64,000 bases of DNA, taken from Enterobacteria phage phiC600P9. Below, piece by piece: positions 20,093 to 28,932 of this stretch (positions within the stretch are counted from its first letter, which is position 1; the number at the start of each line of letters is the position of its first letter). The translations under genes and the position numbers were made by a program. Under the pieces are notes generated by a model. It saw only the letters and a program-made list of their open reading frames with translations. It had not been told where the DNA came from and did no database searches. Location of the stretch: the sequence record MZ681930.1. One strand, given 5' to 3'.

Positions 20093-22144
20093 TTATCCTT
20101 GAACGAACTTGTAAGGCATGTTTGCAATATCTATGCAAGACGCAATAATTCCAAGAGATGATTCTACTTTCTGTTTAACATTTGATGAAACAAATGATGC
20201 AAAGTCAACTCTATCTTCTATATCACCTGTCATTGTAACCAATTCACCAGTTTCCATTAAATGGTCTCCGTCATAGATTACCGATTCGGTGAGCTCTTCC
20301 GTGGTCATAACTTCAGCTTGAATAAGCTTGTTGTTAGTTTTAACTGTTCCATCATTGTAAGATGCATCGGTTATTTTATTAACTTTGACCATTAATCCAC
20401 GTGGCAAAATGACTTCCATTTCATTTGAAGGCGCTAAACTTCCACCGGGTAAAACAACATTGACCTTATCAGCCCCAGTAATAACCCATCCAATTCCAAC
20501 TAAATTATCGCTAGAATTTACTAGTCCTTCATCAGTTTTATCAATAGAAACACTTAGACGCTTTTCGTCTGGTAAAACACCTATAGATGAATCAGTCATC
20601 CAAGTACCAAAAATATTTGGATATAATGATGTTGACACAAAGTTTCTAAAATAAAAAACTCGATTTTTTACCAATGCTTCATATATTGAAGGTAACATTC
20701 GCTGTGAACGATATAAAGTAATACCTTTTGGCAATCGATCGCCATTTTTAAAGGCTGAATCTAAATTATCGATGGCTTGTTCTATTTCGGGTGCTGTCAA
20801 AATACTTGTACGCTCATCTGGATTATATAATCCCAAAAGAGCATTATTCATGTCTACATATCCTGAACCCACATATTCACGAATTCCGCGTTTTTGAGCC
20901 GGTGTGTATTTAGATGAATCTTTATTTTCGACTATAGAATGCAATGACCATCCAACGGTAAGAGCATATCCACGTAATTCTCTTCGAATAATCTTTGTTT
21001 TTATTGCATTCCAAGAATTTTGCACTAACTCATTTGCAGCATCTTGATTTAAATGCGAATGCTTGTTAATATTTCTTTCTAACCAAGCACTTTTATATTT
21101 TTCTAAAGTATCATCGACTATAGAAGCAATAGTTTCTAAAGTTTTTATTGAAGTAATAGATTCTTTTCGTAATCTTTCTAAAGCTTTATTTTTTATTTCT
21201 GCATTAACATCAGATTCTTTATCTTCAGGAATTATAGAAGCTTCTCTGAATGCCATCCCAGCTGTAACACTATTAAGAGCATTCTCTAGTGCAAATCCTG
21301 AAGTAGAAATTACCGTTAATTCATTAGAATCAGAAATTAAAGGCGCGTCCGCTGGTTTATTTAATTCTGCCGCTGAAGCCTCAAATTTTTGAAACATCGG
21401 TGTTTCAAATCTAGAAGATTCCAATGACTGACTTTGTGCAATTGCTCTACGGGAAATTTTAACTTTAACGATTACAGCTTGGTCAGAACGTTTATCGTTT
21501 TCTTGCGCAATAGATGCTGCAATTGCCTCATTTTTAGTTACTTGAGCTCCAGTATCTTTATTGATATAAACATCACCGACCTTCGATTCAACTTTAGTAA
21601 AGAGCTCGGTACTAATTTCCGGAACTCCTGGAATGTCTTCTAGTGATACATTTTTGCGATGTATAAGAATATATGCATACTTTTTATCATAATCCCAGAG
21701 TTCCTTAAGAAGGACGTATCTGCCACCTGAACGACTACGGATAAGTCTATCAGCAATAACTTGAATTTGTCGAGCTTGACCAGCGGTTTTAGACTTAAGA
21801 ATACGAAGCATGCAGGCATCAATTTTATACTGGCGCATTGTTTGCATTGCAACAGTAAAAACTGAATTGATATAATTAATTGGGCTTGGACCAAGACCTT
21901 TCAATTTAGCAATTGAACCTTTAGCAGTTAATGTAAAAGGAACAATGTGCATCATTTTATCGCCCATCTTTAAATCACGATTAGTATCACCTCCAGATGT
22001 ATAGGTACATAAACGAAAGCCTGGTTGTTCAATTGCGTCATCAACATGAACTGAAAAAATTTGTGGTATTTTCTTCTTTGGATTTAAGTTTGTAATCGGA
22101 AGAGTAGTATCTTCGTCAAATAATTCTGTAATTAGTTCCATCAT
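20093..22144 (-). CDS. alt: ADP-ribosyltransferase Alt
   Basis: 683 aa ORF; matches T4 Alt along its length as recalled (MELITELFDEDTTLPITNL...; YRSQ, FVSTSL, EMEVILPRG). Confidence 0.9.
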   Translation of the reverse strand: MMELITELFDEDTTLPITNLNPKKKIPQIFSVHVDDAIEQPGFRLCTYTSGGDTNRDLKMGDKMMHIVPFTLTAKGSIAKLKGLGPSPINYINSVFTVAMQTMRQYKIDACMLRILKSKTAGQARQIQVIADRLIRSRSGGRYVLLKELWDYDKKYAYILIHRKNVSLEDIPGVPEISTELFTKVESKVGDVYINKDTGAQVTKNEAIAASIAQENDKRSDQAVIVKVKISRRAIAQSQSLESSRFETPMFQKFEASAAELNKPADAPLISDSNELTVISTSGFALENALNSVTAGMAFREASIIPEDKESDVNAEIKNKALERLRKESITSIKTLETIASIVDDTLEKYKSAWLERNINKHSHLNQDAANELVQNSWNAIKTKIIRRELRGYALTVGWSLHSIVENKDSSKYTPAQKRGIREYVGSGYVDMNNALLGLYNPDERTSILTAPEIEQAIDNLDSAFKNGDRLPKGITLYRSQRMLPSIYEALVKNRVFYFRNFVSTSLYPNIFGTWMTDSSIGVLPDEKRLSVSIDKTDEGLVNSSDNLVGIGWVITGADKVNVVLPGGSLAPSNEMEVILPRGLMVKVNKITDASYNDGTVKTNNKLIQAEVMTTEELTESVIYDGDHLMETGELVTMTGDIEDRVDFASFVSSNVKQKVESSLGIIASCIDIANMPYKFVQG

Positions 22145-22164
22145 ATCCTCTCTAGTGTTTATTC

Positions 22165-22172
22165 TATTTATA
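22165..22172 (-). promoter_or_regulatory. Late promoter TATAAATA upstream of alt
   Basis: Minus-strand TATAAATA about 20 nt upstream of the alt ATG; fits Alt being a late, head-packaged protein. Confidence 0.7.
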
Positions 22173-22178
22173 AAATTA

Positions 22179-22196
22179 AAGGCCCGAAGGCCTTTA
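22179..22196 (-). terminator. Hairpin after alt.1
   Basis: AAAGGCC-cgaa-GGCCTTT stem; on the minus strand it is followed by AATTTT. Confidence 0.6.
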
Positions 22197-22382
22197 ATAA
22201 TCTATAGGTAAGAGAGTACGATATATTTCAAACTTTGGACCTTTTTCATAAGCATCAAATGTTTCTGTAAATTTATTATAAGCGTATGCATCTACAAATT
22301 CGAGAATGACTTGTGATACAGAAGTAGAAACATCTCCACCTTCTTTTTGAGCCACGACAATTGTTTCTAAGTAAGCTTTCAT
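22194..22382 (-). CDS. Hypothetical protein (T4 alt.1 position)
   Basis: 62 aa ORF, overlapping stop/start with gene 30. Confidence 0.6.
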   Translation of the reverse strand: MKAYLETIVVAQKEGGDVSTSVSQVILEFVDAYAYNKFTETFDAYEKGPKFEIYRTLLPIDY

Positions 22383-23842
22383 AGACCAGTTACCTCATGA
22401 AAATCGCCAAATACATCTTCGAACGTATTAGCTTTAGTTTTATCTTCACGTAAACGAATCGCAATCGGAAGAAATAATTTAACGTAATCAGTGCGGCCAT
22501 CAGATTTTAACCAACCATTGCATTCGCACTCTAGAATTTTTCCAATATAATAATTTTGGTTTTCCATAATGCGAGTACGGTCAAGTTCATGCGATTTTAC
22601 ACCGGCTTTATCTTTTAAGCCTGAACCAGCATTTACCTTAATTTTTCCACACTCTGACTCAAGAATAAATCCACCTGCTTTAGTAGGGTCTTTACGGTGA
22701 GGATAAATTCCTACAATTTTTAAATCAACATCAATTACTTCTTTAAATTTATAGAGATTTTTTGAACGAGCATTTTCCCATAATCCATCGATATTTTTGA
22801 GAATAATACCTTCAAGACCTTGGTCAATATACTTTTTATAAATTACCTTAGCTTCATCTAGGTTATTTACTACCTGGTTTTCAATTAAAATTACTTTATC
22901 ATATCCTGATGTCATTTGTTCTAGTTTAGAAAAACGTACATCATATTTTAAACGAAACGCCGGAAGACCGTATATTTCTACCAACGGGACATAATCCCAG
23001 ACCTGAAACTTCATACATTGAGCTTCTTTTTCAGAAATGGTTCCTTTTAAGGATTTATTGGCGATTCCATTAGAAGTAGTACGAGATTCCGCTACTTCGG
23101 CGAATTCTTTAGCTTTACTAATTTCAGGATAAGCATCAAAAAGAAAATCTAGTCCTTCTGGTTCCTTTTTAACTTGCTCATGGTATACCAATTCGCCATC
23201 AATTAACACACCTTCTGGATGAATCTGGCGGGCTTCAGCAGTCATTTTGATTAATTCTTCCTTAAGAAGATCTAATCCTAGATATTCATTACCAGCTCGT
23301 GATAAAAGACGAACATCATCTAATTCATCACCTCGGACTTCAGCAAAACACCGAGCTCCATCTGCTTTTAACTGTGCAAAAGCTGGAAACTTGATATTCT
23401 TACTAATGCCTTTTTCATCATAAGAACTTGCCAGCATTTGAGGTTGTTCAGGAATTAAACCTGGCCAAACTTTGTTTGCAATAGATACTGAAGCACCGCA
23501 TTCAAGGTCTCGCATCATAACTCGACGCAAAACTTCAACATCATCCTTTTTACCATCGGTGATATATCCAGTCAATTCCTCAATTGCAGCATTTCCAGTC
23601 AATTTCCGAGTAGCTAACGTGAATTCAATGAAGTCAAGCATATCGGTAATGGTCAGCATTCCAAAACTCTGGGTAGCAATACCAGGTTTAGGCCATTTCT
23701 TGATATAATACTGCAACCCACGAGAATAAGTCAGACGATATACTCGTTTAAGCAATTCATTATCTTTATTCTTTTCAAGAATTGCTTGCTTCTGCTTAGT
23801 TGAACCAATAGATGCTATTTCATTCAGAATTTTAAGAATCAT
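22379..23842 (-). CDS. 30: ATP-dependent DNA ligase gp30
   Basis: 487 aa ORF; KxDG adenylation motif (LKADGARCF); T4 ligase length. Confidence 0.95.
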   Translation of the reverse strand: MILKILNEIASIGSTKQKQAILEKNKDNELLKRVYRLTYSRGLQYYIKKWPKPGIATQSFGMLTITDMLDFIEFTLATRKLTGNAAIEELTGYITDGKKDDVEVLRRVMMRDLECGASVSIANKVWPGLIPEQPQMLASSYDEKGISKNIKFPAFAQLKADGARCFAEVRGDELDDVRLLSRAGNEYLGLDLLKEELIKMTAEARQIHPEGVLIDGELVYHEQVKKEPEGLDFLFDAYPEISKAKEFAEVAESRTTSNGIANKSLKGTISEKEAQCMKFQVWDYVPLVEIYGLPAFRLKYDVRFSKLEQMTSGYDKVILIENQVVNNLDEAKVIYKKYIDQGLEGIILKNIDGLWENARSKNLYKFKEVIDVDLKIVGIYPHRKDPTKAGGFILESECGKIKVNAGSGLKDKAGVKSHELDRTRIMENQNYYIGKILECECNGWLKSDGRTDYVKLFLPIAIRLREDKTKANTFEDVFGDFHEVTGL

Positions 23843-24108
23843 TATTCATCCTTCAGAGTTTGGTTTACAGCTCTATTATAAATCAATTCATCATTAAGCT
23901 CAGGCAAAGACTTATGATATGTAGTTCTAACTTTATTTCCTTGCATCCAGTGCTTGACGTAAATGAAACCTTGCTCTACACATTTTTTAAAAATTCGTTC
24001 GTCTTTTTGAGCTCGGAATTCTGGATTGCATCTAAAAAATTGATTTACGTGACCGTAATCACGTGTAGTATTACCTTCATTTTCATAAATAGTGTGAACG
24101 ACAAACAT
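23842..24108 (-). CDS. Hypothetical protein (T4 30.1 position)
   Basis: 88 aa ORF, synteny. Confidence 0.6.
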   Translation of the reverse strand: MFVVHTIYENEGNTTRDYGHVNQFFRCNPEFRAQKDERIFKKCVEQGFIYVKHWMQGNKVRTTYHKSLPELNDELIYNRAVNQTLKDE

Positions 24109-24971
24109 TAGAATGCTCCTTGGAAAATATTATCACCACTAGTAAATCTATTAAAATACCCTGCATCGCCAGGCTTGGTATAACTCCACGTATGGAATGG
24201 ATTCATATGATACGGGTGTGTATAATATGGATTATATGGATGTGTATAATATGGATTATACGGATTAAATCCAGGAGTTCTCCAGGTAGTGTTCCAACGA
24301 AAAGAATCGTTTTTAACCATCTTCTCAATTACATCTTTTATAGCTTTTTCACTATCAAAACTTTCTTTATTTTCCTTTGGTGAAAAAAGCTTATTTTCTA
24401 CATCATTCCATGTATAAACTCGCTGCGCAGTTTTTGGAATATTGTCACGCTCTCCTCGAGCCATCCAATAAACCGGAACATTTAATATTTCACTCGCGTG
24501 GTCACAGTGGTGAGCGAGATCGTCAATATAACAAATTACGTTATATTTCTCTTTTGCCTTTTTAAACAACTCTTCTTTTGAAGAATCATGGCCACACATC
24601 ATTACTTCTGAGAAGGCACCAGGAAAAAGAGCATTCAAATTAAATTGACGATTCAACAGAGCGTCAATAGAATCACCCAATGCTGTAACAGCTACAAAAT
24701 TATAATCTTCTTTTAATTTGTTAATTACACACAGGGCATCTTTATACGGAGACAAGTAACGAATAAAATCTGAACGATTGTATTTTTCAATTAACTTGAC
24801 GCCAAGTTCTTCATCACAATTAAAGAGTTTACCTGGAGAAATAAATTTCTCATCTTGGATCATTTTTAAAATATGTTCTAACGGAAGATTATATTTCTGA
24901 GCAAAATAAGGAAGGCCTGATTGCCAGCTTAAACATACTCCATCAATATCAGTTAAAATAGTAGGCTTCAT
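24108..24971 (-). CDS. HAD-superfamily hydrolase-like protein with Pro/Tyr-rich repeat tail (T4 30.2 position)
   Basis: 287 aa ORF; N-terminal DxDGV motif (ILTDIDGV); C-terminal NPYNPYYTHPYNPYYTHPY repeats. Confidence 0.7.
   Translation of the reverse strand: MKPTILTDIDGVCLSWQSGLPYFAQKYNLPLEHILKMIQDEKFISPGKLFNCDEELGVKLIEKYNRSDFIRYLSPYKDALCVINKLKEDYNFVAVTALGDSIDALLNRQFNLNALFPGAFSEVMMCGHDSSKEELFKKAKEKYNVICYIDDLAHHCDHASEILNVPVYWMARGERDNIPKTAQRVYTWNDVENKLFSPKENKESFDSEKAIKDVIEKMVKNDSFRWNTTWRTPGFNPYNPYYTHPYNPYYTHPYHMNPFHTWSYTKPGDAGYFNRFTSGDNIFQGAF
24215..24262. repeat. Tandem 24-nt repeat x2 inside 30.2
   Basis: ggtgtgtataatatggattatatg / gatgtgtataatatggattatacg, two mismatches; encodes the repeated PYYTHPYN segment on the minus strand. 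Confidence 0.85.
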
Positions 24972-25432
24972 AGAGAGTCTCTTAATAGGTTTAACACATC
25001 AATAAATTCAGCTTCGGTTAGTATTGTATCATCTTTTGTTAGACCACTAGCCATGCTGTGCTTCAAAACTTTTCCTTTCGAGGCTTGTAATGCATCGCGA
25101 AAACCCTTGTTTTGGAACGCTGCTTCAAAATATGCATTTGTGTATAATTCTTTCCACGCCGGGGAATATCTTGAAAACGGAACTCCAAGCCAGAAGAGGG
25201 TCCCACGGTCCTGAGCTCTAGCATAAGACCTTCCAGCTTGTTGAGCGGCAAGCCCAGATAACCCAAATATACGACGTTGTTGTTCAACGTTTTTCACCTT
25301 GCATCCTTGGAGGAATCCTTCAAGACCTCCAAATTGAATACCATCCATAACGAAAGGCCATTGGGCGAAATTACTTAATGCACATGATGGCCACCTAAAA
25401 TTGCTTCTAATCTCTAACTCAGACATTTTCAA
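24968..25432 (-). CDS. NADAR (YbiA-like, DUF1768) family protein (T4 30.3 position)
   Basis: 154 aa ORF; LSNFAQWPFVMDGIQF matches the conserved SNFAxWP...DG block of E. coli YbiA / NADAR proteins. Confidence 0.7.
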   Translation of the reverse strand: MKMSELEIRSNFRWPSCALSNFAQWPFVMDGIQFGGLEGFLQGCKVKNVEQQRRIFGLSGLAAQQAGRSYARAQDRGTLFWLGVPFSRYSPAWKELYTNAYFEAAFQNKGFRDALQASKGKVLKHSMASGLTKDDTILTEAEFIDVLNLLRDSL

Positions 25433-25625
25433 TGCTTATAATTTCAACATCAGCCCAATGACCATAGCAAGGAAGACGAAATTCAACTGGCCAGTTAGGG
25501 TCCTTTTCTAATATAATAGACTCAACTCGTGGTTCTTCATGTTCATCAGTATATGGATTTTTATCTGTTACTTTATATGTGACCTTAATGTACTGAATTC
25601 CAAAAATCTTATTAATTATATTCAT
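25419..25625 (-). CDS. Hypothetical protein
   Basis: 68 aa ORF in operon. Confidence 0.5.
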   Translation of the reverse strand: MNIINKIFGIQYIKVTYKVTDKNPYTDEHEEPRVESIILEKDPNWPVEFRLPCYGHWADVEIISIENV

Positions 25626-25819
25626 ACTAATTCCTTTAATCCGTAGATAGGAGATAATTCATCACCCATACGAAGGTCTTCATTTCCATCTACCCAGGAA
25701 ACAATATAAGCCTCTTTTATTTGAATACCACTCCATTTAAATGGAGGTAGAACCTTAGAAATTAATCCAGGTATACCAACTCCCTTTAATTCAACAGTTT
25801 GACCTAAAAAGAATTTCAT
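25622..25819 (-). CDS. Hypothetical protein
   Basis: 65 aa ORF with overlapping stop/start to neighbours. Confidence 0.5.
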   Translation of the reverse strand: MKFFLGQTVELKGVGIPGLISKVLPPFKWSGIQIKEAYIVSWVDGNEDLRMGDELSPIYGLKELV

Positions 25820-26106
25820 TAGAACCTCATCTGAAAACCGTGCGATTTAACATTACCGCCACCAATATCAGAGATATTAATTTCGCGCGCAATTGAAGGG
25901 TCAATGTCAATTTCACGATTGAGTTTAGTGATAGCTAAAGTATCGCGCCCATTTACAGTACGGAACTCTAAAGGGCAGACTACATTAACATAGTTTTTAA
26001 TCGATTCACTAGTAGGCTGCAAATGAGCAGGAAGGTCTTTAGGCGCCTTAGAGAAAACAACTTCACAGAAATTTTTGCGGGTATCAAAATAAGTAGTCAT
26101 AAACAT
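25819..26106 (-). CDS. Hypothetical protein
   Basis: 95 aa ORF. Confidence 0.55.
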   Translation of the reverse strand: MFMTTYFDTRKNFCEVVFSKAPKDLPAHLQPTSESIKNYVNVVCPLEFRTVNGRDTLAITKLNREIDIDPSIAREINISDIGGGNVKSHGFQMRF

Positions 26107-26146
26107 AATATTTTCCTCAATAGGGGCCGAAGCCCCTCATTTTATT

Positions 26147-26512
26147 TTAAATATCAAATTCGTTAAGAACTACATCAAAGATCGCTTCAAGATGCTCAGG
26201 TTTAGCTCTGTTACTCAGAATATGACGAATCCAAGTTTTAACTAAGAGTTTACGATTAGCACCATTCCAGCAAGGATGAGTCCCTAAATCGCGTTGACGG
26301 AAATCATCATCTAATGCGATTTTAAAAGAAGAACCTTCTTTCGTGATTGAAACCGTGATGCCATTTTCAAATCGCATATAAACGTAGTTAGGAGTCATAT
26401 ACTGTTCAATTTCGCATACTGATCCATTTTGATGTTTCCAAAGGCAGATAGTATCAATAGAACCTGCAATACCGTTAGAAACATATTTACGTTCAAAGTT
26501 AATGTAGTTCAT
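26147..26512 (-). CDS. Hypothetical protein
   Basis: 121 aa ORF preceded by SD GGAGAA and an early promoter. Confidence 0.6.
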   Translation of the reverse strand: MNYINFERKYVSNGIAGSIDTICLWKHQNGSVCEIEQYMTPNYVYMRFENGITVSITKEGSSFKIALDDDFRQRDLGTHPCWNGANRKLLVKTWIRHILSNRAKPEHLEAIFDVVLNEFDI

Positions 26513-26538
26513 TTTTATTCTCCGAGATGTTTAATTGC

Positions 26539-26579
26539 GGTACAGGTATATAATATCATATCCTGTACCAAAGTAAACA
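26539..26579 (-). promoter_or_regulatory. Early promoter with 8-bp inverted repeat (GGTACAGG/CCTGTACC) around the -10
   Basis: Minus strand GTTTACTTT-GGTACAGG-atatgaTATTATata-CCTGTACC. Confidence 0.65.
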
Positions 26580-26580
26580 A

Positions 26581-26913
26581 TTATTTTACTACTTTCCAGT
26601 GCTGCATGTCAAGTTTACCAACTTTTTTCATCTTCTCAATTAAGCGTTCGGCACGTTGGCGAGCTGTAACATAATACCATTCACCCAACTCATTTTGTTC
26701 AATTTTTCCAACGATTACCGTATTCAGTTCATAAATCCAACCAGTAAAGAAATTATGAACTTGGATTGTAAAGGTGAAATCTGTTCCCATACCTTCTGTT
26801 GTTTCTACTTCAATAATATCACCTTCAACTGCCATTAAGAACCACATAGTTTCATCATATTTACCATTGAAGCATTTAGTTTTAACTGTGGCGTTCAGAT
26901 TAATCGTTTTCAT
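26581..26913 (-). CDS. Hypothetical protein
   Basis: 110 aa ORF with SD AAGGAG. Confidence 0.6.
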   Translation of the reverse strand: MKTINLNATVKTKCFNGKYDETMWFLMAVEGDIIEVETTEGMGTDFTFTIQVHNFFTGWIYELNTVIVGKIEQNELGEWYYVTARQRAERLIEKMKKVGKLDMQHWKVVK

Positions 26914-26920
26914 TTTATTC

Positions 26921-26971
26921 TCCTTTGTTTGTGTAAGATAATACTATCACAAAGGAACCATACTGTAAACA
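26921..26971 (-). promoter_or_regulatory. Early promoter with inverted repeat whose 3' arm overlaps the SD
   Basis: Minus strand GTTTACAGTATGG-TTCCTTTGTG-atagtattatcttacac-AAACAAAGGAG-aataaaATG. Confidence 0.65.
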
Positions 26972-26989
26972 ACTTTGTGCAATCTTTGG

Positions 26990-27018
26990 AAAATAAAAAA
27001 GGACTCCCGAAGGAGTCC
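26990..27018 (-). terminator. Hairpin terminator downstream of the 30.9-like gene
   Basis: GGACTCC-cgaa-GGAGTCC; on the minus strand it is followed by TTTTTTATTTT. Confidence 0.7.
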
Positions 27019-27023
27019 TTAAC

Positions 27024-27200
27024 TTATGCTTTCTGCTTACCAAAACGAGAAGCATCATCTCGAAGAACCGCACGTGCTCGGCGCATGATCTTCTCAACAG
27101 TTTGATTGATACGAGAGTTCGACCCACGCTTGTAACCAGCGCGTTTAGAATCACCAACTTTCTTTTCAACTGCTTTCTTTGCTTTAGCTTGTTTTGCCAT
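27024..27200 (-). CDS. Small basic protein (T4 30.9 position)
   Basis: ORF track 27024..27242; likely start MAKQAKAKKAVEKK at 27200 (58 aa, Lys/Arg-rich). Confidence 0.55.
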   Translation of the reverse strand: MAKQAKAKKAVEKKVGDSKRAGYKRGSNSRINQTVEKIMRRARAVLRDDASRFGKQKA

Positions 27201-27242
27201 TATAAATTCTCTTTTAAATGAAAATGCAGGACTTATTGGCAT

Positions 27243-27598
27243 TGCCTGCGCAAGCCCTCACGGGGAACATAGGTTTTTGAATATTTAACGACCAGGATAA
27301 CCATAAACCCGTCATCATACCTTATAGCTCTTATCTGTTGCACACCGTTAGCTTAAAGGTTCCGGGTTCGATTTCTCGAGGATAAGATATATACTGATGG
27401 ATATATAGGCCTTGAGGCGTACTCCCGATTGGCCATCACCTCGGGGTAGCATGCACTTGCCGCTATAAGAATAACATTCAAGAGGTACACCGTAAAACTG
27501 CCGGGGTCTTAAAACTATAATGATTCGCAAATCATTAATCAGACAGTTCGACGGCTCCTCGATTTTAGCTCACACTAAGGCAGTGAATCTCCAATAAA
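27243..27598 (-). other. GC-elevated non-coding island between the 30.9-like gene and rIII
   Basis: About 355 bp with no convincing ORF; several local stems (CCCGA...TCGGG; TAATGATT-cgca-AATCATTA). Confidence 0.4.
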
Positions 27599-27847
27599 TT
27601 ACTTCAGTGTTACCACAAAGTGACGAACTGCTTTTCGTGCAGCAGAAGCCAGAGGCTTAGCATATTTAAGTTCATCTTTTTCCTGGAGCTCAGCAGCTAA
27701 TGCAGTTTGAGCAGGATTCAGATGTTTGAAATAACGCAGGATTTCAAGAGCTTCGGCTTCAACATCAATAGATGCGCCATAGTTTTCGTGACCATTATTC
27801 CATGCGTTTCGTTGCAGTTCAAGAGCGTGTTGTAATTGTTTAATCAT
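27599..27847 (-). CDS. rIII: Lysis inhibition accessory protein rIII
   Basis: 82 aa ORF, T4 rIII size and position. Confidence 0.85.
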   Translation of the reverse strand: MIKQLQHALELQRNAWNNGHENYGASIDVEAEALEILRYFKHLNPAQTALAAELQEKDELKYAKPLASAARKAVRHFVVTLK

Positions 27848-27986
27848 TTAAAAATTCTCGTTAGAGATTAAAACTCGGTAGTCACGTTCTTCTGAATTTC
27901 ATCTTCTTTCGACAGATCTCTCAGTTGTAGACTACCACGTAGAATTGTTCGGTTAACTTATTATTCCGACACCCAATTCATATTAT

Positions 27987-27994
27987 TATTTATA
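27987..27994 (-). promoter_or_regulatory. Late promoter TATAAATA upstream of rIII
   Basis: Minus-strand TATAAATA (gatataaataataat) in the 31-rIII intergenic region. Confidence 0.55.
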
Positions 27995-28330
27995 TCACTT
28001 ATAAAGACACGGAATAGCTTTATAGTGACAGGTAACGAATTTTTGTTTAATTTCTTTTGGCTGCTTAAGACCCAGAGCTACAAAAGGATGCGGAACGTTT
28101 CGAATTTGACCAACTGGAAGAGAAGTCAAATCACCAACTTCGCAGAAACCTTCAGGAACATCAGGACCAACAGAGTGAACTACACACAGTTCAGGAACTT
28201 CACCTTGAACACGTTTACCGATAATGAGTCCTGATTCTGTAACTTCTTCATCACCAGCTTGCGCAGGTTCAGAAACTAAAATAACATATTCACCGACAGC
28301 ACGAATTGGTAGCTGTTGTACTTCAGACAT
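27995..28330 (-). CDS. 31: Co-chaperonin gp31 (GroES analogue)
   Basis: 111 aa ORF, T4 gp31 length and position. Confidence 0.9.
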
Positions 28331-28354
28331 CGTTTTTCCTTTTTGTTAACAGAT

Positions 28355-28390
28355 GAATTAATAATAACAAATAATTCTTAAAGCATTTAT
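28355..28390 (-). promoter_or_regulatory. MotA-dependent middle promoter for gene 31
   Basis: Minus strand AAATGCTTTAA (MotA box), about 12 nt spacer, then TATTAT, upstream of gene 31. Confidence 0.7.
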
Positions 28391-28695
28391 TTACCAATAA
28401 ATTGAAGCAAATGCTCAACTTTCATACCATTAACGGAAATCAATTTGTCAATAGAAAAACCTCGCCATGCACCAAGCTCAACATCAAATACTGGAATCAT
28501 ATCAGTAGATTCTTTCCGAGTAGATTCAGTCAATTTACCAGTTTGCATGGTTGGCATAAAGTCTGCATCACGAGTACCTTTCATAGTACGAATAGTACCA
28601 TCAGACTTTTCAAAAACTACATTTGAAATACCCATGGACAATTTAGTTTTCAAAATTTCACGAATTGCTACTTTTTGTTCAGTCGTCAGTTTCAT
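28387..28695 (-). CDS. Hypothetical protein (T4 31.1 position)
   Basis: 102 aa ORF. Confidence 0.6.
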   Translation of the reverse strand: MKLTTEQKVAIREILKTKLSMGISNVVFEKSDGTIRTMKGTRDADFMPTMQTGKLTESTRKESTDMIPVFDVELGAWRGFSIDKLISVNGMKVEHLLQFIGK

Positions 28696-28932
28696 TTATT
28701 TACCTATCACAGTTTTAATATGAGTTGTTCCACGTTCTTTAAGTGTGGAAAGCAGTTTTTGGCATTTTTCTAAATCAGATTTCCAACTATATGGATTATC
28801 AATACAAACCCAGTTTGACTTATAATACTGTTTCCATTTAGAGAAAAAATATTTCTTATACTCTACAGCAAATGAAATGTTCTCATTAGAATAAGAACTA
28901 ATTGCTGTGAGTTGTACCAAACGAAATTTCAT
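28696..28932 (-). CDS. Hypothetical protein (T4 31.2 position)
   Basis: 78 aa ORF. Confidence 0.55.
   Translation of the reverse strand: MKFRLVQLTAISSYSNENISFAVEYKKYFFSKWKQYYKSNWVCIDNPYSWKSDLEKCQKLLSTLKERGTTHIKTVIGK

Noticed and set aside
27361-27380. tRNA-like T-loop sequence GGTTCGATTTC
   Set aside because: Flanking bases do not form a T-stem or acceptor stem on either strand; no cloverleaf could be built by hand.
27395-27405. Hammerhead-like CUGAUGG motif
   Set aside because: Core does not match CUGAUGA and no flanking GAAA or stem arrangement was found.
27348-27530. 60-aa ORF inside the GC-rich non-coding island
   Set aside because: Low-complexity translation, no Shine-Dalgarno, and not in an operon context; the region is treated as non-coding.
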